64,000 nucleotides of DNA from assembly GCA_049291095.1 (NCBI GenBank), contig JBATOT010000125.1, positions 1,447 to 65,446 of the forward strand, written 5' to 3'. This DNA comes from Ignavibacteriaceae bacterium (GTDB lineage: Bacteria; Bacteroidota; Ignavibacteria; Ignavibacteriales; Ignavibacteriaceae). Each line of letters starts with the position of its first letter. Position 1 is the first letter of the stretch. Position numbers and translations under genes: made by a program. Below the pieces are notes generated by a model. That model was not told the origin of the DNA. It ran no database searches and saw only the letters and a program-made list of their open reading frames with translations. Shown here in pieces: positions 56,929-64,000 of this stretch.

Positions 56929-56956
56929 GCCACGACCTTGAGGTCGTGGCAATAGA
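56929..56956. terminator. Second copy of the CCACGACC/GGTCGTGG hairpin (+CAATAGA)
   Basis: GCCACGACCT-TG-AGGTCGTGGC followed by AATAGA. It lies just downstream of the 3' end of the gene at 56965-58287 (minus strand). Confidence 0.55.
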
Positions 56957-56964
56957 AAAAATAA

Positions 56965-58287
56965 TTACTTGATAATTTTTTTCTCTCTTAATATTGTTTC
57001 AATTGTAATTGCACCAATTTCCTGAAGATCATATTTAACACGTGTGCTAGGTTTTTTAATCTTAATATATCTACTAAGATCAATTGGAGTTCCGATAACA
57101 ACAGCATCACATTTTGTATTGTTGATTGTTGTTTCAAGATCTTTTAATTGTGCATTACCATATCCCATTGCAGGAAGAAGGACTCCAATGTTTGGATATT
57201 TTTCAAAGGTTGCACTAATAGATTTTACAGTATAAGGTCTTGGATCAACTAATTCCTTTGCACCAAGCTTTTGTGCTGCAACTACACCAGCGCCGTATTT
57301 CATTTCGCCGTGAGTAAGTGTTGGTCCATCTTCAACAACAAGAACACGTTTACCTCTTATCATTTCAGGATGTTCAACTGTAACAGGAGATGCGGCTTCT
57401 ATAATAGCTGCATTAGGATTTACTTTTCTAATGTTATCTCTAACTGTATTTATTCCGGCATTATCAGCGGAATCAATTTTATTAATTACAACTGCATCAG
57501 CCAATCTTAATGAAGTGTTGCCGGGATAATATTTCATTTCGTGTCCAGGTCTGTGTGGATCAACAACTGTGAAAGTTACATCAGCTTTGTAAAATGAAAA
57601 ATCATTATTACCACCATCCCACAAAATTACATCAGCTTCTTTTTCTGCTTCGCGTAAAATTGCTTCGTAATCTACTCCAGCATAAATAACTCCGCCTCTT
57701 GCAACGTGTGGTTCGTATTCTTCAATTTCTTCGATTGTACATTTGTGTTTTTTAAGATCAGCATAAGTAGCAAAGCGCTGTACTTTTTGTTTTACAAGAT
57801 CGCCGTAAGGCATTGGATGGCGAATTGCTACAACTTTTTTTCCTGCAGCAGTTAATGCCTCAACTATTTTACGAGATGTTTGAGATTTTCCGCAACCGGT
57901 TCTAACAGCTAAAACTGCAATAACAGGTTTTGTACTTTTAATTTCTGTTTCAGCAGCTCCGAGTAAACGGAATGAAACTCCGCAAGCATTAACGATTGAA
58001 GCTTTAGTCATAACATACTCAAATGGTACATCTGAGTATGAGAAAACTACTTCATCAACTTTTAATTTTTTAATAAGGGTTTCTAATTCTTTTTCTTCGT
58101 AGATCTTTATTCCATTTGGATAAAGTGTGCCGGCAAGTTGCTTTGGATAAGTTCTGCCTTCAATATTTGGGATTTGTGTTGCGGTAAATGCTACAACATT
58201 GTAGTCTTTGTTGTCTCTAAAGAAGACGTTAAAGTTGTGGAAATCGCGTCCAGCAGCGCCCATTATCAACACGTTCTTACGAGCCAT
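56965..58287 (-). CDS. Predicted P-loop GTPase of the cyclic 2,3-diphosphoglycerate synthetase-like family
   Basis: 440 aa. N-terminus MARKNVLIMGAAGRDFHNFNV and P-loop VRTGCGKSQTSRK. The family recognition is from memory and needs an HMM check. Confidence 0.45.
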   Translation of the reverse strand: MARKNVLIMGAAGRDFHNFNVFFRDNKDYNVVAFTATQIPNIEGRTYPKQLAGTLYPNGIKIYEEKELETLIKKLKVDEVVFSYSDVPFEYVMTKASIVNACGVSFRLLGAAETEIKSTKPVIAVLAVRTGCGKSQTSRKIVEALTAAGKKVVAIRHPMPYGDLVKQKVQRFATYADLKKHKCTIEEIEEYEPHVARGGVIYAGVDYEAILREAEKEADVILWDGGNNDFSFYKADVTFTVVDPHRPGHEMKYYPGNTSLRLADAVVINKIDSADNAGINTVRDNIRKVNPNAAIIEAASPVTVEHPEMIRGKRVLVVEDGPTLTHGEMKYGAGVVAAQKLGAKELVDPRPYTVKSISATFEKYPNIGVLLPAMGYGNAQLKDLETTINNTKCDAVVIGTPIDLSRYIKIKKPSTRVKYDLQEIGAITIETILREKKIIK

Positions 58288-58559
58288 AGAAATACTCTCC
58301 TTTGTGCTTTTAGATTTTGTTGTTGTATAAAATTATTTTGATTCATTTTAAATGATATTATTAAAAATTACTGTTACAAATCTAAGGGTTTTTTACAAGA
58401 GTTTCCTTGAAAAAAGTTCAGTATAACACAACATTAAATGGGTTTAATCTAAAAAGTGCGTTTAAGTTAAATAGGGCTATAAAATGAGATGCAGTATCAA
58501 AATATTTTTTTATTTAAATGATTATAAAAGAATAAATATCATAAAAATCATAAGAGTAG

Positions 58560-58579
58560 AGGAGAGGCTTGCCTCTCCT
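58560..58579. repeat. Perfect GC-rich palindrome AGGAGAGGC-TT-GCCTCTCCT
   Basis: The 9-nt arms are exact reverse complements. It lies in the intergenic region between two minus-strand genes and probably acts as a hairpin or terminator. Confidence 0.6.
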
Positions 58580-58647
58580 GTAATTGTTTTTATCTATTAT
58601 GTTGTTATACTTTCTAAAAAAACACAACGGAAAGGGCAAGTCCTGTC

Positions 58648-58750
58648 CCTACTTTAATAACATCAACTTTAAGTTTTTAAATTGTTGATTAGCCTGAATT
58701 CTTGCAAAATAAATTCCTGAACTTACATTGTTTCCTGAATTGTTTTTTCA
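58648..58750 (-). pseudogene. Decayed 3' tail of the T9SS sorting domain of the CotH-LTD gene (lies beyond an in-frame TGA and contains a 1-nt frameshift)
   Basis: After TGA (58748-58750) the same frame reads KNNSGNNVSSGIYFARIQANQQF, then TAA. Removing one T from the run at 58678-58681 continues the reading as KNLKLMLLK-TAG (58648-58650). This reconstructs the canonical CTD ending seen intact at 39730-39834 and 63613-63700. Confidence 0.75.
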
Positions 58751-61039
58751 ATTCCAGGTAACTTCATAAGTGCCTGCTGGTTTTTCTTCGTTAACTAGTG
58801 TTATTACTTCGTTGCCAAGGATGTCGTAAATTATAAGTTGTACTCGAGCCCCTTCGACTTCGCTCAGGGTGACATTCGGGATGCTGTATCTGATAGAGGT
58901 GGAAGGATTAAATGGATTTGGGTAAGCGCTTAAACTAAATTCAGTTGGAATAAATTCTTCATCATCGACTGAAACAATATTATTTGTTGTGCCTGGAGTT
59001 GGAGTCATTGTAATCCAATTGTCATTACCATCAGGTAATCTGCCAAAAGAAATATCAGTAGTCTGCGCTCCAAATGAAATTGAATCGATAACTGTTATTC
59101 CATCATTTTCAACAAGCGCAATAAATTCTCCACTTGCACTTAACTTAAAGTTTGTATGAATACCTTGTTGTTCTTGCTGCTCATCGCACCAGATTAATAA
59201 ATACTGGTTTGGATTTAAAACCAAGTTTGGCTGAGTGAATTGATACTTTGTTAAGTTATCTTTTTTATCAGTCAGATATCTGTTGGTTAAAGTAATTGGA
59301 TTTGGAGTTGGATTATAAAGCTCAATCCAATCATCATATTCGTCGGCAGGATCAGTTATTGTGCTACCATTATCAGCCATAAATTCATTTATGACTATAT
59401 CATCGGTAATAATTTGTTGTGATTGAATTTCAATTGCTTTTTTTCTTGGATAGAACTGCGATTGATTTTGATTATCCTTTACAAAAACAAAAAACTTTCC
59501 TGAGTTACCTGCACCAAGCGGAGGAATAACCCCAATCCATCTATCAGATTCATCAACGTTTTTTGTATTTGAAACCGGTGAATAACTCATCTGATAAATT
59601 TGTGTAGTTGATGATCCATTAGCTTGATAGTGAATTGAAACTTCACTTAACCCATCATTATCAAATACCGATGCGTATATAAAAATAGAATCAGTTGCTC
59701 CCGGATTTTTTGGTTCGTAATCAATCTTATAAGCTATTGGTTTTGCATCCTGATAGCTAAGCCAATTAAGCAGCTGAGAATTTTTAAGATTAACAAATTG
59801 CTTAATCCCAAATTTTACGTGTTGATTACTGTAACCGGAAGATGAGTATGAATTAAAAAAATCACCAGAATCAAATCCATAATCAAGTGTGCGAAAAGTA
59901 TCGGCTAAAGCTGATGTCGTGATCATAGATTGCAAACCATCGAGTTTATTTACCCAGCGAGAAAGTAAGTAAACATTGGTTCTATAAAATTCTAAAAAAT
60001 GTGTATAAAGATTTCTATATTGAGCATTTTGCATTAATCTTTCAGCAAGCGGGCGATAACCACCTGCAACTTTTGGATAATTATATGGATCAACATTTGT
60101 CCAGTTGATATTGAACCAATCTATTCCGAATGTGTTGTCGTAATCATAAGGAATTAAATGAAAAATATCTTTGGTTGGTTCATGATATAAATAATAATTA
60201 TTCATCAGCGACCAATAATCATCCCATCCACCAACGAGTATGTTCATCGCAAAATATTGCAGTACTCCGTGAACATCTATTATAGATTCTAAAGAGTCGG
60301 GCAATGAGCCTGTTGGAGTATTATTAAGTATCGAGATAAAATGAGCGAGTTTAGAAAAATCAGATGTGGATTCATTTGTCATTAATTCATAAGCAGGTCT
60401 TCCGCCGCTATTAATGTTTTTGTAAAGATTTGGATCACTGCCAAGATAATTCAAATCTGCCGGATACAAACACTTCCAAAGATTTCCTGTATCATCCGAA
60501 AAATTTTTGTTTAAAAATTCATCATCAATATGTTCGATAGAAATGTATAAACCGTAATATTGTCCATTAATATAAACTTCAACGTGATTAGCCCGACTAG
60601 CTCTAACTCCAATAGTCTGGTAATGATCAAAGCATAATTTACTGCGGATGATGGATGGATCGTTATGCTCGCCGTTTAGATTTAATTTATCAACACCGAA
60701 AAATTCCCTGCCTGAAACAAAAGTATTAAATGAAATTTTAAAAGATTTTTTTGCCGCTTCGCGCGATGTATTGCCGCGTAATCTAAATCCTATTGAATCA
60801 ACAGTTTCATTGATGAAAGCATTTTGAAAATGAAATGATGCTACAAATTCGGAATCGCTTTGAACATTTTGATAAAGCCATTCAATAGCAGCCGGGTCAA
60901 TTGTTATATCAACTCTTGCAACTTGTGTATCATCGTAAAGTTTATAGCTTTCATCCTGCTGCGCAATGCTATGGATTGAGATTGAGAAAGTGATCAATAG
61001 TAAGAACCTGAAATTCAGATATCTTGAGGAAAAATTCAT
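58748..61039 (-). CDS. CotH kinase-family protein with lamin-tail domain and (truncated) T9SS C-terminal sorting domain
   Basis: Signal peptide. CotH region (LNLNGEHNDPSIIRSKLCFDHYQ...VEVYINGQYYGLYISIEHIDDEFL). LTD (VINEFMADNGS...DDWIELYNPTPNPI). CTD start AYPNPFNPSTSIRYSIP...IYDILGNEV. Confidence 0.85.
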   Translation of the reverse strand: MNFSSRYLNFRFLLLITFSISIHSIAQQDESYKLYDDTQVARVDITIDPAAIEWLYQNVQSDSEFVASFHFQNAFINETVDSIGFRLRGNTSREAAKKSFKISFNTFVSGREFFGVDKLNLNGEHNDPSIIRSKLCFDHYQTIGVRASRANHVEVYINGQYYGLYISIEHIDDEFLNKNFSDDTGNLWKCLYPADLNYLGSDPNLYKNINSGGRPAYELMTNESTSDFSKLAHFISILNNTPTGSLPDSLESIIDVHGVLQYFAMNILVGGWDDYWSLMNNYYLYHEPTKDIFHLIPYDYDNTFGIDWFNINWTNVDPYNYPKVAGGYRPLAERLMQNAQYRNLYTHFLEFYRTNVYLLSRWVNKLDGLQSMITTSALADTFRTLDYGFDSGDFFNSYSSSGYSNQHVKFGIKQFVNLKNSQLLNWLSYQDAKPIAYKIDYEPKNPGATDSIFIYASVFDNDGLSEVSIHYQANGSSTTQIYQMSYSPVSNTKNVDESDRWIGVIPPLGAGNSGKFFVFVKDNQNQSQFYPRKKAIEIQSQQIITDDIVINEFMADNGSTITDPADEYDDWIELYNPTPNPITLTNRYLTDKKDNLTKYQFTQPNLVLNPNQYLLIWCDEQQEQQGIHTNFKLSASGEFIALVENDGITVIDSISFGAQTTDISFGRLPDGNDNWITMTPTPGTTNNIVSVDDEEFIPTEFSLSAYPNPFNPSTSIRYSIPNVTLSEVEGARVQLIIYDILGNEVITLVNEEKPAGTYEVTWN

Positions 61040-61148
61040 TTTAAATCCAATTGTTTTAATCTATAATTGCAACCCAAAGTTCACGAAAAGATTATTAAAT
61101 TACTACCACAAAAAATTTAATTCGCTAAAAAAAATCAGCGAGGAACAA

Positions 61149-62612
61149 ATGAAAACAATATTCTTTTTCTTAATTATCTCTATTTTAATTCTACCGCAAA
61201 GTAGTCCTAAGTTCGAAGAATACTTTTTGGATGAAACATTGCGCATAGATTATTTTCATATTGGTGATGCAAAGACAGAAATGATCACGATTGACAAGAT
61301 GTTTCGCTATGGAATATGGGCGGGAAGTCTAAATCATCTTATAGATAATTTTAACAATGGCAAATATTATCTAAAAATTTATGATTATAACTCAGGCAAT
61401 TTAATCTACTCTAAAGGCTTTGATACTTTTTTTGGTGAGTATGCTTCAGGTGATGATGGAATAAATGGAGTTACAAAAAGTTTTCACGAAACTGCAATTA
61501 TTCCTTTTCCTAAAAATAAAATTGCATTTGTGTTGGAAAAAAGAGATGAAAAAAATGAATTGAAAGAATTTTTCAGAACGCTGATTGATCCCAATAGTAT
61601 TTATGTAATTAAAGATAAAATCGCCGATGCGACAGTTGAGATACTAAAGCCTGTTAATAACGGCGACCCGCATAAAAAGGTTGATATAGTTATTTTAGCT
61701 GAAGGTTATACAAAATCAGAAAAAGAAAAATTTGAAAATGATTTAAATAGATTTGTTGGATATTTCTTTGAACAGGAACCATATAAATCACATAAAAATG
61801 ATTTTAATATTTATGGCGTCTTCAAACCTTCTGAAGAATCAGGAACAGATTTGCCAGGTGCAGATATTTTTGTTAACACCGAACTGAATACAACATTCTG
61901 GTCGCTTGGTTCTGAAAGATATTTGATGACAGAAGATAATTTATCTATGCGGAATCTTGCGGCTCACGTTCCTTATGATGCAATTTACATTCAGGTAAAT
62001 CATCCACGTTACGGCGGTGGCGGGATTTATAATCAATACTGCACTTACACGACAGATAACCAATTTGCAAAATATTTATTCACACACGAGTTTGGACATT
62101 CATTTACAGGATTAGCAGATGAGTATTACACTTCGGATGTTGCGTATAATGATTTCTTCAAGCCAACAGTTGAACCCGTTGAACCAAATATTACTGCTTT
62201 GATGGATCCGAAAAATATTAAATGGAAAAAATATTTAAGTGAAGGGATTGAAATTCCCACACCATGGGAGAAAGAAGAGTTTGATAAATTCAGTTACGAA
62301 TGGCTAAAAGAAAGAAATAGATTAAACAGTTTTGTGTCCGAGCTGAAAAGAAATCGTGCACCTGAAAATGAAATAAAAACTGCTGAAGAAGAATATGCGA
62401 TGAAAGATAAAAAGCAATCTGAGAAAGTTGATAAATATTTAATGAGCAGTAAGTACTGGAATAAAGTCGGTGCATTTGAAGGCGGTGGGTATCAACCACA
62501 AGGAATTTACAGACCAATGTTAGATTGCATAATGTTTTCTAAAGGTGATAAACCATTTTGTAAAGTTTGTGAAGAAGCAATAAAAGAAGTTATAGGCAGT
62601 TATACTAATTAG
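61149..62612 (+). CDS. M64-family (IgA peptidase-like) zinc metallopeptidase
   Basis: Signal peptide MKTIFFFLIISILILPQS from ATG 61149. Zinc motif HEFGHSFTGLADEY. The extension back to 60966 overlaps the divergent CotH gene and looks spurious. Confidence 0.75.
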   Translation: MKTIFFFLIISILILPQSSPKFEEYFLDETLRIDYFHIGDAKTEMITIDKMFRYGIWAGSLNHLIDNFNNGKYYLKIYDYNSGNLIYSKGFDTFFGEYASGDDGINGVTKSFHETAIIPFPKNKIAFVLEKRDEKNELKEFFRTLIDPNSIYVIKDKIADATVEILKPVNNGDPHKKVDIVILAEGYTKSEKEKFENDLNRFVGYFFEQEPYKSHKNDFNIYGVFKPSEESGTDLPGADIFVNTELNTTFWSLGSERYLMTEDNLSMRNLAAHVPYDAIYIQVNHPRYGGGGIYNQYCTYTTDNQFAKYLFTHEFGHSFTGLADEYYTSDVAYNDFFKPTVEPVEPNITALMDPKNIKWKKYLSEGIEIPTPWEKEEFDKFSYEWLKERNRLNSFVSELKRNRAPENEIKTAEEEYAMKDKKQSEKVDKYLMSSKYWNKVGAFEGGGYQPQGIYRPMLDCIMFSKGDKPFCKVCEEAIKEVIGSYTN

Positions 62613-62617
62613 TATAT

Positions 62618-62683
62618 CTCTGCGCCTTAGTGTCTCTGCGTGAAATTATTTTCGTTTCTCGCAAAGACGCAGAGGCGCAAAGT
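62618..62683. repeat. Imperfect palindromic REP-like element (CTCTGCGCC.../...GGCGCAAAG)
   Basis: The left arm CTCTGCGCCTTAGTGTCTCTGCGTGAAA matches the reverse complement of the right arm, CTTTGCGCCTCTGCGTCTTTGCGAGAAA. It lies between convergent genes. Confidence 0.7.
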
Positions 62684-63616
62684 TTATTTTAGTAACTCAA
62701 CAATTGAAGAAATAAACCTTGCATCTGTCCCGCAGCATCCACCAAGAATTTTGAGGTTATATTTTTTATTCAGATCAACCATTCCACGTGCCCAATCGGT
62801 TGGAGAATCAGCATCGAGTTCTTCTAAGGTATCAAGTTCTTCCGGACTTTTACTCGATGCATTAGCCTGAATACCAAATAATCTTTTCTTTAAAATATTG
62901 TCATCATCATTAAGATTAATAAATGATTTGTGAAGTACATCCGGGTGAATACAATTTGTTAAATAAAACAATGGCGGAGATGAAACCGAATCATCAACAA
63001 TTTTAATCGCATCAGTTAGTAAAGTACCATCGAGTAATTTGCCGTTATCTCTGATTACGAAGCTTATTACATAATCTTTATTTGTTTCGCTCATTGCCTT
63101 TGCAATTCCAATAGTTTCTGTTAAAGCGGGAAGGGTAGAAGCAAAAAGAAAATCAACTCCTGCTTTTGCAAGTATCTGCATTTGTCCTTTATGAAAATGA
63201 TAAGAATCGTTTTCACTTAACGCTTCTTCAGGTTTGTATGCATCACCTTTGCAGCCGGTTAATCCGCCGATAAAAATCTTTTCAGAAAAACTGCCGAATG
63301 ATTTTCTAATATTATCAACAAATAAAAAAGCATCAGTGTTGATTGTCTTCATATCAACATTAGCAATTTTTGTTCTATCGCTATTTGTCCGCCAGGTTGG
63401 AGTTAATAACATTATTGGCAAGTCTGAAGATTTAGCAATATCAAGATATTCGCGGTAGATTTTTTCTAATAAGGATTTTCCCGCTTCATCATAAATCATA
63501 AGTGCATTTGATAATGCATCATCAAGCGGATAATTGAACTCACGCTTTAATCTTTCAATTATCGAGCCCTCAGTTATTATGTGAGGATAGAAATTAACAG
63601 CTTCTTTAAATGTCAT
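62684..63616 (-). CDS. Homocysteine S-methyltransferase family protein
   Basis: 310 aa. Zn-binding Cys motifs (GLTGCKGD... and C-terminal ILGGCCGT) are typical of the Hcy-binding (S-methyl_trans) domain. Confidence 0.8.
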   Translation of the reverse strand: MTFKEAVNFYPHIITEGSIIERLKREFNYPLDDALSNALMIYDEAGKSLLEKIYREYLDIAKSSDLPIMLLTPTWRTNSDRTKIANVDMKTINTDAFLFVDNIRKSFGSFSEKIFIGGLTGCKGDAYKPEEALSENDSYHFHKGQMQILAKAGVDFLFASTLPALTETIGIAKAMSETNKDYVISFVIRDNGKLLDGTLLTDAIKIVDDSVSSPPLFYLTNCIHPDVLHKSFINLNDDDNILKKRLFGIQANASSKSPEELDTLEELDADSPTDWARGMVDLNKKYNLKILGGCCGTDARFISSIVELLK

Positions 63617-64000
63617 TTCAATAAGATCATCTTTCTTGTTTGAACAAATTCTCCGGCTGTAATTTTATAATAGTATATTCCTGAAGAAAGATTTGAAGCA
63701 TTAAATTCTATTTTATGATTTCCTGCTGACTTCTCTTCATTGACCAATGTTGTAATCTCTTTACCCAGAATATCAAACACTTTTAACTGAACAAATTGCT
63801 TACTGGCTATTGCATACTGAATACTGGTAGAAGGATTAAAAGGATTTGGATAATTTTGTTCTAAAGAAAATCTTGCTGGGGGAAGTATTTCTGCTTCAGC
63901 AATGTTTGAATATTCAAATGTCCCATCAAAATCTATTTGCTTTAACCTGTATTGATATTTTCCGGCAGAAAGATTTTCATCGTTATAAGAATATGATTTT
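63613..64000 (-). CDS. C-terminal part of a secreted protein with a T9SS sorting domain (5' end beyond the window)
   Basis: The minus frame is open from nt 63999 and reads KSYSYNDENLSAGKYQYRLKQIDFDG...FSLEQNYPNPFNPSTSIQYAI...SSGIYYYKITAGEFVQTRKMILLK, then TGA at 63613-63615. It is missing from the ORF track because no start codon lies in the window. Confidence 0.8.
   Translation of the reverse strand, partial: KSYSYNDENLSAGKYQYRLKQIDFDGTFEYSNIAEAEILPPARFSLEQNYPNPFNPSTSIQYAIASKQFVQLKVFDILGKEITTLVNEEKSAGNHKIEFNASNLSSGIYYYKITAGEFVQTRKMILLK

Noticed and set aside
58748-58750. In-frame TGA as selenocysteine or stop-codon reassignment
   Set aside because: TGA clearly terminates other genes in the window, for example at 21823-21825 and 63613-63615. 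The position is not a redox-type Cys/Sec site. A second lesion (a frameshift) follows 70 nt later, which argues for decay or error, not recoding.
60966-61148. N-terminal extensions offered by the ORF track (60966 for the M64 peptidase; likewise 11679, 22798, 36308, 10840, 9395, 7903, 21822)
   Set aside because: In each case an internal ATG gives a canonical signal peptide or a conserved N-terminus. The extension overlaps a neighbouring gene, a REP hairpin or a terminator.
62640-62870. 76-aa plus-strand ORF (MKLFSFLAKTQRRKVYFS...)
   Set aside because: It starts inside the REP-like palindrome (LAKTQRRK is a typical repeat translation) and then runs antisense to the homocysteine S-methyltransferase gene.

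Overview
This is an AT-rich bacterial chromosomal segment. It looks like an FCB-group or Ignavibacteria-like genome, because several secreted proteins end in T9SS-type sorting domains (NYPNPFNPST...LLK). I cannot verify the taxon without a search. About 55 genes are readable. The housekeeping content is: the end of the dcw cluster (murC', ftsQ, ftsA, ftsZ); a pyrR-pyrB-pyrC operon with a PyrR-type leader; groES-groEL with a perfect CIRCE operator; pdxJ; transketolase; alanine dehydrogenase; a CoA-transferase; a giant orphan histidine kinase; and a single-chain UvrD/RecB-type helicase-nuclease. The most interesting part is 26.1-39.8 kb. There a PhnD-like binding protein, a sensor kinase and an NtrC-type sigma-54 activator sit divergently from a good -24/-12 promoter. 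That promoter heads an eight-gene operon: two CYTH/TTM proteins, a DASS anion symporter, a PhoU-like DUF47, a PiT transporter, an OprO/P-type porin and a 2xLTD lipoprotein. A YjiK/SdiA-regulated-like lipoprotein and a 3xLTD T9SS protein follow. I read this as a non-canonical, sigma-54-controlled phosphate, polyphosphate or eDNA scavenging module, and that reading is inference. Other observations worth a second look: (1) a small GIY-YIG nuclease ORF wedged exactly between a 49-nt 5' fragment of a tRNA and a complete tRNA-Pro(CGG); (2) a DnaE/DnaE2-type polymerase ORF that lacks its whole N-terminal PHP/palm half but stays open for 554 codons; (3) a CotH-LTD protein whose T9SS sorting domain carries an in-frame TGA, a homopolymer frameshift and an in-frame REP-like insertion; (4) several families of intergenic palindromic (REP/MITE-like) elements; (5) an orphan plus-strand terminator hairpin that may mark a small RNA. 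I saw no CRISPR array, transposase, integrase or prophage genes.
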